This document shows positions 1 to 9,507 of a stretch of 64,000 nucleotides of DNA, piece after piece (positions within the stretch are counted from its first letter, which is position 1; each line of letters begins with the position of its first letter). The position numbers and the translations under genes were made by a program. This stretch comes from a candidate division WOR-3 bacterium (GTDB lineage: Bacteria; Hydrothermota; Tepidihabitantia; Tepidihabitantales; Tepidihabitantaceae). Location of the stretch: the NCBI GenBank assembly GCA_965648905.1, contig CBFGIT010000004.1:64001-128000 (forward strand). Reading direction: 5' to 3'. The notes below the pieces were generated by a model. That model searched no databases, was not told the origin of the DNA, and worked only from the letters and a program-made list of their open reading frames with translations.

Positions 1-2
1 AT

Positions 3-437
3 GGCACTTTGAAGTGGAACTACAGGACTGGCTCGGACGTGGGGTCCCCGACGGTCGGCTCAGACGGCACGGTCTACGTCGGGTCAGCAGACAACTGCCT
101 CTATGCCATTGACGCAGGTGGTACGCTCAAGTGGCGGTACGAGACCGGCGGCCAACTGGGCCACGCGCCGGCGATTGCGGCCGACGGCACGGTCTATGTC
201 GGGTCACGTGACAACTGCCTGTACGCGGTCAGCTCCGACGGCTCCCTCAAGTGGCGCTACGAGACCGATGACGAAATCTACTGTTCGCCTGCAATCGGCG
301 CGGACGGTACGGTCTACGTCTGGTCATCTGATGGCTACACTTACGCCATCTATGGTGACAGCCCGCTAGCCGCCTCGCCCTGGCCCAAGTTCCACCACGA
401 TAACCGCAACACCGGGCGGGTAGGAGGTGGCAAGTGA
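3..437 (+). CDS. PQQ-binding-like beta-propeller repeat protein (BamB-like), 5'-partial
   Basis: Repeats 'PAIAADGTVYVGSxDNCLYAV..DGSLKWRYET'; C-terminal 'SPWPKFHHDNRNTG'; frame is open to the window edge. Confidence 0.85.
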   Translation, partial: GTLKWNYRTGSDVGSPTVGSDGTVYVGSADNCLYAIDAGGTLKWRYETGGQLGHAPAIAADGTVYVGSRDNCLYAVSSDGSLKWRYETDDEIYCSPAIGADGTVYVWSSDGYTYAIYGDSPLAASPWPKFHHDNRNTGRVGGGK

Positions 438-806
438 TGCGGCATCTTGTGGCGAACCGGCACCTTGCTTGGCGCCGCGCTCACGCGATGCTGGTGCTGG
501 CCGGTATCGCACTGACATGCGGGCTTCCGGTTTGCAGCAAAGGCCGGGACCCGATTCTGTGCCCACCGTACCTGGGGCCTGTGCTGAGCCGGTCGTTGAG
601 CCGCAGGCCTGGGACGACCGGCTCGAACTCGGCACGCTCCCCGCGCGCGTCTGCTGCCGCACCGAGGACGGCTACTTCGTGCAGGTCGAGATGCTGGACT
701 TGACCGGGCTGCCGGCACGACTAGACTGGAGTCGTGGTTTCAACCGGTCAAAGGTCTGCGCCTGCTGAGGCACGAAAGAGGAGTACGGGTCGAAACCGTC
801 GTCTGA
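437..806 (+). pseudogene. Internally deleted, frameshifted paralog of the 6452-7333 gene
   Basis: 491-586 is identical to 6494-6589. The sequence then jumps to the paralog's C-terminal part (EPQA..RVCCRTEDGYF) in another frame, and a further shift near 700-728 precedes 'ESWFQPVKGLRLLRHE'. Confidence 0.8.
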
Positions 807-2122
807 CGTCCACACCGGTTGTGCTGGCGCTGTTGACGGCCGCCTTGCCCGCCTCTGCTTGGGACGGCTGGTCGTGTTGTTTCAAGGACCTGTGCTGGTC
901 GCCGGACAGCCGGCAGCTCTGCTTGACAGAATACGATGCTTTCTCAGCAGGCGAATTCGGCGAAGGTCAGGTGGCCACCGGCAAAGACGGCCTGCTCGTC
1001 GTGGATGTCCTTGACGGAGCATCCAGCTATCTTCTTCCATCCAGTGTTCAGATTCCCGAGCAGGCGAGAACCGACAGCAGCGCTGCATCACCTGCGCCTA
1101 CCGTCTGCGACACCATAATGGACTCAGCTCTTGCGGTCGCCTTCGCGGACGGCACGGTAGCGACGGTTGCACTGCCAGTCGAGGGCCAGGTGAGGGTAGG
1201 CGGAGGTGAGGTCTCTCCGGACCGAACTGCAGTCCTGTTCAATTGGTCGCGGGTCGATGAGCCCGGTCGGCCGTGGACATGGTCGGTCATCGGTCTGAAC
1301 GGAGAAGGCTGGCGGGAATGCGCAGCCGGCGGTGAAGGTGGCCCGGTGCCTCCGGTGTGGATAGGCCGTGGGGCAAGCGTGCTCGGCGTCGCGCAAGGCA
1401 ATGGCTGGCCCACCCGGTACCAGATTGTCGAACCAGACGGCGGTTACCGGACTCAGGTCGTCTGCGAAGAGACAGGAACCATCTCACTTGTCTTGCCTTC
1501 GCCGGACCGGATGCATGTGGTGTTCGAGATACATGAAGCCGGCGTCTCCGCGGTGGGTATTGTTGAAGCGGGTGTCACCGGGTTCCGACTCATTCGCGGC
1601 GCCCGCTCACCGCAGTGGCTTGGCGGCGGTCAGGCATTGACGTATCGCAACGGTGATGACATCGTCTTTGTAGCACCGGACGGCCGCCAACTGGCGCGCC
1701 AACCACTGGCAAACAATGGCTATGCGCCTCTCTGGCTCAGCAAGTCGGCTATCATCTTCCGTTCCGGGTTCGGCCGCAGCGAGTATCAGAATGGAGATGT
1801 CGGGGCTGACGGAGTGCTTCGCTACAATCACGGCGACCCGGTCTGGGAGATCAACCCGGTCACCCGCGAGGCTAAGCCGGCTGCGTCCGACAAGGTACGT
1901 CGGTACCTCGCCCGGGTCCGCTCAGTACCGGATGGGTTGCCGGTTCGCTCCCCTGACGGCAAGCGCTTGGCTTGGATTGAAACCCGCGGGGTGTCTCCGG
2001 CCGAGGAGTATCTCTACCGCAAGTCAAGAATCTGGGTCGCCGACGCCGACGGCAGCAACCGACGGGTGCTGCTGGAATCGCCGGCCAACTTCGAGTGGCG
2101 CGGGTACGAGAGTGACGAGTAG
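734..2122 (+). CDS. Secreted TolB/PD40-like beta-propeller protein (true start probably near 821)
   Basis: Hydrophobic signal-like segment 'VLALLTAALPASA'; WSPDS, SPDR and SPDGKRLAW motifs; 'IWVADADGSNRRVL'. Confidence 0.7.
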   Translation: MVSTGQRSAPAEARKRSTGRNRRLTSTPVVLALLTAALPASAWDGWSCCFKDLCWSPDSRQLCLTEYDAFSAGEFGEGQVATGKDGLLVVDVLDGASSYLLPSSVQIPEQARTDSSAASPAPTVCDTIMDSALAVAFADGTVATVALPVEGQVRVGGGEVSPDRTAVLFNWSRVDEPGRPWTWSVIGLNGEGWRECAAGGEGGPVPPVWIGRGASVLGVAQGNGWPTRYQIVEPDGGYRTQVVCEETGTISLVLPSPDRMHVVFEIHEAGVSAVGIVEAGVTGFRLIRGARSPQWLGGGQALTYRNGDDIVFVAPDGRQLARQPLANNGYAPLWLSKSAIIFRSGFGRSEYQNGDVGADGVLRYNHGDPVWEINPVTREAKPAASDKVRRYLARVRSVPDGLPVRSPDGKRLAWIETRGVSPAEEYLYRKSRIWVADADGSNRRVLLESPANFEWRGYESDE

Positions 2123-3611
2123 TCCGTTGGTGCGGATGGTGGTTGCTTTCGTTGCTGGCGTCCTTGTCGCTTGGGCGACCCTTGCCGGCGACAAGGACAT
2201 GTTGTCTGCGGATGAGGGTTGGTTCCTGCTCGACACCGGCAACCGGCCGGTGCCCGCGCCCGGTTTCCAGTGGCACCCGGCATCGGCCTTTGACGGCACA
2301 AGGTATCTCGTCGTGTGGCAGGACCATCGAGGCGACCATTCCGTTGACACCGAGGGCCCCACCCGAGTCTATGGTACTCGGGTCACTCCGGACGGGGTTG
2401 TTCTTGACACGAACGGCATTGCCATCTCGCCGGCATGGTGTAGTCACCCGGCTGTTGCCTTCGGTGACGGAGTGTTCTTCGTAGTGTGGGGCGGTGGTCA
2501 TGGGGTCGGATGTGCCCGGGTGACGCAGGATGGACTTGTTCTGGATACGAACGCTATCGTTATCTCGTTGGAGAGACACGGCCCGGAGAGCATGGCGGTG
2601 GTCTTCGACGGCACCGACTTCGTTGTGACATGGCAAAGGCTGGGAGATGACGACATGAACAGGGAAGTTCTGCGTCAGGCTCGGATCAGTAGAACCGGCG
2701 CCGTGCTCGATACGGTCAGCATCACAGATTCACGGTCTGTCGTCAAATCGGCGCCATCTGGTACCGTGTATGCTGAACCGAGCCGGGGCAACGGGATGGA
2801 TGTCTGGTTCAAGCCGAAGGGTGCGGCAGATGGACGAGACAGGGTTCTGGCCTCGCAGGCGGCGTACGGCCAATGGTCTCCGGCAGTTGCCTCTGACGGC
2901 GAGAGCTACCTTGTCGTCTGGGAAGACGACCGCGACTACTCCGATATCTATGGAGCCCGGGTGGCGCAGGACGGAACCGTGCTTGACCCCGGAGGCATTG
3001 TGATTTCCCGAGCAGACCACGAGCATGGTTTTCCGGCCTTGGCCTTTGACGGCGAGAACTACCTGGTGGTATGGACCGAGTGGCGGGCGGGAAGATACAC
3101 TGATGATTGCCGCGGCATTGTCGGCAGCGGGCTGCGCGCGGCACGGGTGACAAAGGCCGGCGCCGTGCTCGATACCAGCGGTTTCTCGCTTGTCCCTGAC
3201 GCATGGCCCCAAGGAACGCCGGCCATGGTCTTTGACGGTGAGCGCCACCTTGTTGTGTGGAAGCATGACCAGGGTGAACGATTCGAGATTCGCTGTGTTC
3301 GAGTAACGCCACAGGGGGGTACGCTGGACTCATCGCCGATACTGGTTTCGGGCAGCATGGATTACTGCGATGCCCCGAGCGTCGGCTTTGACGGCGCAGG
3401 TTTCTTGGTCGAGTGGAAGGACAGTAATGGCGGTGCCTACGCAGCGCGGGTCAGTCGGGAGGGCACTGTGTCAGCCGAGCGCGCAGTTGCCGAGCGCATT
3501 CCGACCAGCCGCAGTACTGGACGGGAAATCGAGGTCCGTGAGGCATGGGCCGGCACAGTCGAAGGCAAGCGTTACAACAACTACCGCATATGGGTAAGGC
3601 TGGTCCGATGA
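2112..3611 (+). CDS. Secreted repeat protein of the 'FDGTxYLVVWxD..IYGARV..DGTVLD' type, without a C-terminal sorting domain
   Basis: About 7 copies of the repeat; signal peptide after GTG2112/ATG2136. The track start at 1716 overlaps the upstream gene. Confidence 0.75.
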   Translation: MTSSPLVRMVVAFVAGVLVAWATLAGDKDMLSADEGWFLLDTGNRPVPAPGFQWHPASAFDGTRYLVVWQDHRGDHSVDTEGPTRVYGTRVTPDGVVLDTNGIAISPAWCSHPAVAFGDGVFFVVWGGGHGVGCARVTQDGLVLDTNAIVISLERHGPESMAVVFDGTDFVVTWQRLGDDDMNREVLRQARISRTGAVLDTVSITDSRSVVKSAPSGTVYAEPSRGNGMDVWFKPKGAADGRDRVLASQAAYGQWSPAVASDGESYLVVWEDDRDYSDIYGARVAQDGTVLDPGGIVISRADHEHGFPALAFDGENYLVVWTEWRAGRYTDDCRGIVGSGLRAARVTKAGAVLDTSGFSLVPDAWPQGTPAMVFDGERHLVVWKHDQGERFEIRCVRVTPQGGTLDSSPILVSGSMDYCDAPSVGFDGAGFLVEWKDSNGGAYAARVSREGTVSAERAVAERIPTSRSTGREIEVREAWAGTVEGKRYNNYRIWVRLVR

Positions 3612-3645
3612 TTGTGTGCCAGTCCAAGAGTGGAAGGAGACGAGG

Positions 3646-5238
3646 ATGAGTCTCAAGCTGCGATGCTCTCTCGGCCTGGCTGCCGCGGCTGCGGTCGCGG
3701 GGGCCTGGTTCGGCAGCGAGGTGGTGTTCAAAGACCTGCGTTGGTCACCCGACAGCCGGCGGCTCTCATTCGGCGCGGTCTACTACGATGAGGGTGGCGA
3801 CTGCGAAAGTGGGGCGGACGACGTGGTTATGTCAGTCGCAGTGGACAGCCCGGGAGCAGTCAGGTTGCTGACGACTTCGGGGGGCAGCATTGCCGTAGCC
3901 GCCGATGCCAGTAAGGCGGCGATTGTGAACGGCTATGGGCTCTTCGTCATTACTTGGCGGATGGCTCGTGTCAACAGGTCGCGATGGTCGATAACCCGGG
4001 CGACCGCCGAGACTACTTCATCAGTGCGGTGTGGTCGGCCTCCGGCGCGGCAATCGCCCTCAACTCTTGGCGCTATGCTCCAGGTGACAACCGCGTGCGA
4101 ATCATCGACCTTGCCAGCCGGGAAGTAGGTGACTTGTGGCCGTTCGATTCGCTCGAGCAAGAAGTCTCCGTGGTCGCTCGCTACTGGGAAGGCGACAGCG
4201 CGGTTGTCTGTTCCCCCTGGCGCGTTGATGATGAAGGGACGGACGCGGCGTTCTGGCGCGTCTGCCCGGCAACCGGCAATTGGCGTCCGCTCGACTCGGC
4301 CGAACTGCGCGCGGACCTGCGGCCGCAGTTCCGCGTTCGCGAGCACGGAGGGCTATTGACGGTCGAGAGTCTCGGCGTCCGGCTGCACGAGTTCCGGCCG
4401 CAGCCGGATGGGTGGCTCGAAGGCGTCAGCCTGTCTCCGGACGGATGTTGGATCGCCTACGTCCATCACAGCCTCGAGGGACAGCTTCCTCGCGCAAGGC
4501 TGGTGAAGAGGGACGGAAGTGATGACCGGCCACGGGGCGACCCGTTCGCCTGGCTCGGTGGCCATGACGTGCTTTTAATACCGGGACGGCGCGATGGTCG
4601 TTGACCCGCTCGACCGTGAGCCCATGGTGTTGTTCCCGGTGCGGGCGCAGGCGGTAAGTGCTGTCACCATTGCCGCCGACGGTCGTCGCTTCCTTCTCGA
4701 TTTGAAGCAGCCAGGCGGACCGGAAGTTGCATTTGCGCTCCTGGACAGCAGCGGTTACCGGGTGCTGGGTCCCGGTTGGTCGGGCCAGTGGTTGGACAGC
4801 AACCGGGCGTACTTCGCCAACGGACAAGGCTATACCATCGCAACACTTGATCCTCCCGCACTCAAGCACATCCACCTGGCAGGCAACGGTCACGACGCCT
4901 GCTGGCTGGACGACTCGACTGTAATCTTCCGCACGGGCCATGGTTTCTTTGATGCATTAGGAAGCAGCGTCACCTACCCGGTCGAGGGCGAACTCTGGCA
5001 GGTGAACATCACCACTGGGCGGATGGAGCCGTATACCTGGGAACCGATTCATCCAGGGCCGGCATGTCAGAAGGGCGATGCGCCTGCGCTCTCACCAGAC
5101 GGCAGACTTGTGGCCTGGATCGAGGATATCCCCTCAGGCGAAGGCGACAGCATCCGCGGGTATCGTAAGGGTGTCTTCGTGGCCGATGCCGAGCGCACGT
5201 GGCAGAGACTCCTGGCCAGCCCGTGGTCGAACTTCTGA
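3646..5238 (+). pseudogene. TolB-like paralog of 734-2122, split by two frameshifts (~3953 and ~4578)
   Basis: Three consecutive ORFs together carry FKDLRWSPDSRRL, LSPDGCWIAY, VIFRTGHG, SPDGRLVAWIE and VFVADAE..LLASPWSNF; the first and the last three match 734-2122 in the same order. Confidence 0.75.
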
Positions 5239-5372
5239 AGCCGTGAATGCTGCTAGGGTGGCCTTGGCAGGTTCATTCCCGATGAGGCAACCGGTGGTAG
5301 TTGACGACGGGTACGCCAAGCCTTACCCCCGACGCGGGCTGTTGGGCTCGGCACTGACAGGGAACACCAGAG

Positions 5373-6379
5373 ATGGACGGGCAGGCGCAGATGGAGTTGT
5401 TCCGGATGCACTCGCAGCAGATTGAGGGCGTGCAGGTGAAGGAGCTGAACGCACGCCATCGGGCCGCGTTCGCTGAGGCGTTCAATGTAGGCAAGGCGGC
5501 GACCCGGTCGAGGCAGCACCTCTGCTTGCCGCACTGGCAAACCAGGAGCTAGCCAACGGCAACACTGAAGAAGCCGAGCGGTCTTACCGGCGGGCGCTGG
5601 CGATTGTCGAGCGGAAGCACGAGGCCGGCCATCCGGAATCGGCGAGGGCCATGGCCGAACTCGCTACGGCGGTGGGACAATCGGGCAGGTATGAGGAAGC
5701 CGAAGGGCTGCTACGCGAGGCCTTGCGGACTCTCGAAGCAGTGCTCGGGCCCGAGCACCCTGACGTCGCCCTGAACATGGCCAGGCTGGCCACGGTGCTG
5801 CACAGCCGGGCAAAGTATGAGGATGCCGAGACGCTGCTGCGGCAAGCACTGGCAGCCCAGGAAAGAACCCTCGGCGCTGGCCATCCGAGCGTGGCAAGGA
5901 GTCTCGGTGCCCTTGCCGCTGTGCTAGACAGGCAAGGCAGATACTCGGAGGCAGAGTCGCTATTGCGTGACGCTCTGATACGGCATAGCGAGCAGTCCGG
6001 TTTCTACCACGCCGACTTCGCCGGCGGTCTCGGCAATCTGGGAAGTCTCTTTACCTCGCTGGGCATGTACGCCGACGCGGAAACGTTGCTGCGTCGGGCA
6101 CTGACCATCAAAGAGGAAGTCCTGGGGCCAGAACATCCAGGCACGGCCAAGAGCCTGGTCGACCTGGCCGAGTTGCTGTATGCTCGGGGTGACTATGCCG
6201 AGGCCGAGCCGCTGTATCGGCGGGCGCTCGCCATCAGGGAGAGGGCACTAGGCCCTGAACATCCCAGCACCATCAAGGTCGCCGAGCATCTTGCCGCCCT
6301 GCTGCGCAAGACCGGCCGCGAGGAAGACGCCCGCTGCCTGGCCGCGCGGTTCCGGAAGCCGAGCGATGCGACTCAGTGA
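5373..6379 (+). pseudogene. Tetratricopeptide-repeat (kinesin light chain-like TPR) protein with a probable frameshift near 5490
   Basis: TPR units 'AExLLRxALxIxExxLGPEHP'. The TPR frame is open back to 5477 but has no start before 5651; ATG5373 lies in another frame. Confidence 0.6.
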
Positions 6380-6451
6380 ACGCGGTTTCATCTGTGGTTG
6401 AACCTGCTGCCGAGATGCACTGCAGAGATGTCCTCGGGTTGACGGTCGGTT

Positions 6452-7333
6452 GTGTCAGAAAGGAGATGCAGCGTGACTGCTGGAAGACTGATTCTGGTGC
6501 TGGCCGGTATCGCACTGACATGCGGGCTTCCGGTTTGCAGCAAAGGCCGGGACCCGATTCTGTGCCCACCGTACCTGGGGCCTGTGCTGGATGCTGTGAC
6601 AGACAGCACTGTCAAGATTGCCTGGACGCCGCCTGATGCTGAGGAGCCGGGCTTCGGCTGTAGCCGCCACAAGGTCAGCGCGGACAGCTTCTCGGTCCGG
6701 TTCATGGAATGCGGTGCGGTTTCATACGACCTGCTAGGGAGCACAGACAGCACTGAATGGGTGCATAACCCGGCAGGGATGACCGGCACATACAAGGTCA
6801 CAGCCTGGTTCGGGGACACGTCGTATGCATATGACATGACGCCTTCGACCGTGCCGCTTCACTCGTCCGTCATCGTCGTTGCCGAGCTGAATGCGGCAGG
6901 CGACGCCGGTTACGGCTGGGGCCGAGCCGATGGCCGAGGCGAGAACTGCTCGATGCGCGATGCTGCCAGTATCGGCCGGGCGGACTTCTACCTGACCGAC
7001 TTCGCAGCCGGGTTCCACGGGCCGGCGTATTTTTTCGCCAGCCCTCACCTTGGCCCCGGTGACCTCGGGGAAAGAATACCGGCGGCAGACTGGCGGGTGA
7101 GCACCTTTGCCGCCCTGCTGCCGAACGGCAGCGCTCCGTCACCAATAGTCGAACCGCAGGCCTACCTCGACCGGTTCGAGCTGAGAACAACGCCCGCGCG
7201 CGTCTGCTGCCGCACCGAGGACGGCTACTTCGCGCACGTTGAGGTGTTTGACTTGAATCTGTCTGATGGTACGGTTAGAGTGGAATCGTGGTTTCAGCCA
7301 ATCAAAGGCCTGCGCCTGCTAAGGCACGAGTGA
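6452..7333 (+). CDS. Hypothetical exported protein or lipoprotein
   Basis: 293-aa ORF with a hydrophobic N-terminus and Cys; paralogous remnant at 437-806. Confidence 0.75.
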   Translation: MSERRCSVTAGRLILVLAGIALTCGLPVCSKGRDPILCPPYLGPVLDAVTDSTVKIAWTPPDAEEPGFGCSRHKVSADSFSVRFMECGAVSYDLLGSTDSTEWVHNPAGMTGTYKVTAWFGDTSYAYDMTPSTVPLHSSVIVVAELNAAGDAGYGWGRADGRGENCSMRDAASIGRADFYLTDFAAGFHGPAYFFASPHLGPGDLGERIPAADWRVSTFAALLPNGSAPSPIVEPQAYLDRFELRTTPARVCCRTEDGYFAHVEVFDLNLSDGTVRVESWFQPIKGLRLLRHE

Positions 7334-8064
7334 GAAACACTGCCGGCGGGTTGGCTCGGGAGCTTGGCCTGTTGCTCGCACTACTGCTCGCGGCTGTGCC
7401 GCTGGGTTGCGGCAGAGGTCGCCAGTCTGAGGCGCGTGCCAAGTCCGACCGAGCGGCCCCGGAAGCAGCAACGGGTGACTCAACTGCCGGTCGTGGAGCA
7501 GATAGCGCGGGCACGGCCATGGACTCGGCACTTGCCGAGTTCATCTCCGCCCAAGCCTCGGGATGGGTGCGGCGTTCGGCTGAGCGCATCCCTGGATTTG
7601 CGCCTTCTCAGCTTAGAATGACCTCACAGCGCGAGTTTCAGTTGGAATGGCGTAACCCAGGTGAACCCATCCCGCGCGCCGAGCGCGAGGCAAGACTCGC
7701 CCTGCGGCAGAAGCTGGGGTTTCTGTCGTTTTCCCCGGACAGCAGTCGATATGTTGATTTGGACGGCTACGCCGGGATTGTCGTTTCCGATGGCGACACC
7801 GAGGTCCTGCGTGAACCGGACCAGCTTGTGCAACTTGTCGAGTCCGGGACCGGAAGGACAGCCCGCATCCGTTTCCACGGCACTGCCAGCAGAACAGAGA
7901 AGGTCCTGTGGCTGAACGATTCGACGCTGGTGCTGCTCAATCAGGTAGAGGAGCACGCCGTGCAAGGCCCTCCGCCGATCGTGCCCGAGGTCGAGGTCTT
8001 CGACCTGGCCAACGGCAGGGTCATAAACTTTCGCCTGCCAATCGCCATGCTCGCGAAGCAGTAG
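7330..8064 (+). CDS. Hypothetical lipoprotein
   Basis: GTG overlaps the upstream TGA; 'LLLALLLAAVPLG-C' lipobox. Confidence 0.7.
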   Translation: MRNTAGGLARELGLLLALLLAAVPLGCGRGRQSEARAKSDRAAPEAATGDSTAGRGADSAGTAMDSALAEFISAQASGWVRRSAERIPGFAPSQLRMTSQREFQLEWRNPGEPIPRAEREARLALRQKLGFLSFSPDSSRYVDLDGYAGIVVSDGDTEVLREPDQLVQLVESGTGRTARIRFHGTASRTEKVLWLNDSTLVLLNQVEEHAVQGPPPIVPEVEVFDLANGRVINFRLPIAMLAKQ

Positions 8065-8319
8065 TAAACTTGCTATTCCACCCCGGGCCGACGAGAGTTG
8101 AAGTCACTGACAGCAGAGAGCCTGCCTGATGCCGAGAACCAGACGCGAAGGCAACAGGTGTATTAGAATGGTATATAGTTGTAACAAGACGATGGGCAGA
8201 ACTATGGGCAGGCGTCAGTCAATGCAACTGCTATTCCAACAATGACTTGGCATTGGGAGAATCGTGGTGACCAAATCTGATTCCTTGCTTTGCTCGGCAG
8301 CTGACGGCAAGCTACGTTT

Positions 8320-8630
8320 CAGCAATCACTTAGCCGATACCTGGGTCAGGGAGGGGCCGTACCCTATACTGTAATCACGAGTCTGACTGACAACGCGGCC
8401 TAGCAAGCGTCGGCTCCGGTGATGCCGCATGTCATGCCGCGAGCGTTTGCTCGGGCGACTAGTGCGAGGCTGCCTGAAGCAGTTCTGCCAGTTGTGCCAG
8501 GCTCGACGGCACGAATGTCAGCTCGGGCATTGGCGCATGTCGTCTGGTGAGCAGTTGCGCTGGTCTGCTACTGTGCGTTTGAACCGGTGTTGGTCGCGGT
8601 CTTGCGCTGGGTCTTGGGCTGAGCCTTATG
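8320..8630 (+). repeat. Non-coding element: conserved 41-bp head plus degenerate 12-mer array
   Basis: Head 8320-8360 matches the reverse complement of 54413-54453 at 37/41 positions; 12-nt periodicity follows. Confidence 0.65.
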
Positions 8631-8697
8631 TTCCATGTCAGCCTCGTGGAAAGCGCAGCGCTTCATGCCCGGGCGCTGTTATTCTGCCTGCGTTCGG

Positions 8698-9492
8698 TTA
8701 CTTCGTCATCGCCCTTTTCTTCCACGCGGGCGGTAGCTTCTCGATAGCATAGCGCAGGGCCGTGCGCGGCATCCGGTCCTTGCGCTTGAGGACGAACTCC
8801 AGCACCTCACGCGGACGACGGTTGCTGATTTCCTTGAGCAGCCAGCCATAGCCTTTCTGCACCATGTCGTCTTGGTCGAGCAGCAGGATGTCTGCGGTCT
8901 CGTATGCCGTGTCGAGGTAGAGCTCGCGCCGGGCAGGCAGAATCATCGCCACGGCCGAAGCGCGGCGCAGCCAGCGGTTCTTCGACTTTGCCCAGGCCTG
9001 CACCTTGGGCAGAAACTCGGGAAAGCGAAGCAGGAACTCGCCCAGCGGGCCGCAGCAGAGCGTATCACACGCGGCCCAGTTGGAGACATGGAGCTTGAGC
9101 CAGCGTTCAAGCATCCTGAAGTCCGAAGGCTCGAACTTGGCGGCGAGTCGGCCCGCCCAACTGAAAGCGATGCCGTGTTCCTCGAACTTCACCGCGGGAG
9201 ATGACCGCGAAAGCGGGGACAGTCCCAAAGAGCGCGAGGACGCGCGGTACAGTCCCCGCTTTCGCGAGCCGCTGTGCAGCATCTCGCATAGCTCGAACAC
9301 TTCACGCTTGGGCAGGTCTTTGACCTGCCTGAAGTACTTCTGGGAAATGCGGCGCACGTCCGCGGTCTTCACGCCGTATACTTCTATCGGCTCCTTGAAG
9401 AACCGCTGGATGGACTCGCGGTACTTGGCGTCCGCTGCTGCCTCAAGCTCCCGCCTGATTGCCGCGACCAGCGCGCAGGTCTGCTGTCTCAT
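8698..9492 (-). CDS. DNA alkylation repair protein (AlkD family) with an in-frame repeat insertion
   Basis: Motifs 'YGVKT', 'VSNWAACD', 'WAKSKNRWLRRAS', 'DMVQKGYGWLLKE', 'MPRTALRYAIEK'. Confidence 0.9.
   Translation of the reverse strand: MRQQTCALVAAIRRELEAAADAKYRESIQRFFKEPIEVYGVKTADVRRISQKYFRQVKDLPKREVFELCEMLHSGSRKRGLYRASSRSLGLSPLSRSSPAVKFEEHGIAFSWAGRLAAKFEPSDFRMLERWLKLHVSNWAACDTLCCGPLGEFLLRFPEFLPKVQAWAKSKNRWLRRASAVAMILPARRELYLDTAYETADILLLDQDDMVQKGYGWLLKEISNRRPREVLEFVLKRKDRMPRTALRYAIEKLPPAWKKRAMTK
9192..9265 (+). repeat. GGGACAGTCCC-type palindromic (REP-like) element inside the AlkD-family gene
   Basis: 71/74 identical to intergenic 49881-49954. Confidence 0.9.
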
Positions 9493-9507
9493 CTTCTTGT
9501 GTCTCTC

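Noticed and set aside
1716..2111. N-terminal extension of the 631-aa ORF
   Set aside because: Overlaps the TolB-like gene in another frame; the signal peptide begins at 2112/2136
491..7232. Diversity-generating retroelement (repeat pair plus Avd-like four-helix bundle elsewhere in the window)
   Set aside because: No reverse transcriptase in the window; the shared blocks are exact and nearby differences are not adenine-specific
8365..8752. CRISPR array, or the 107-aa ORF 8429-8752
   Set aside because: No identical repeats with unique spacers and no cas genes; the ORF is low-complexity and overlaps the AlkD-family gene end
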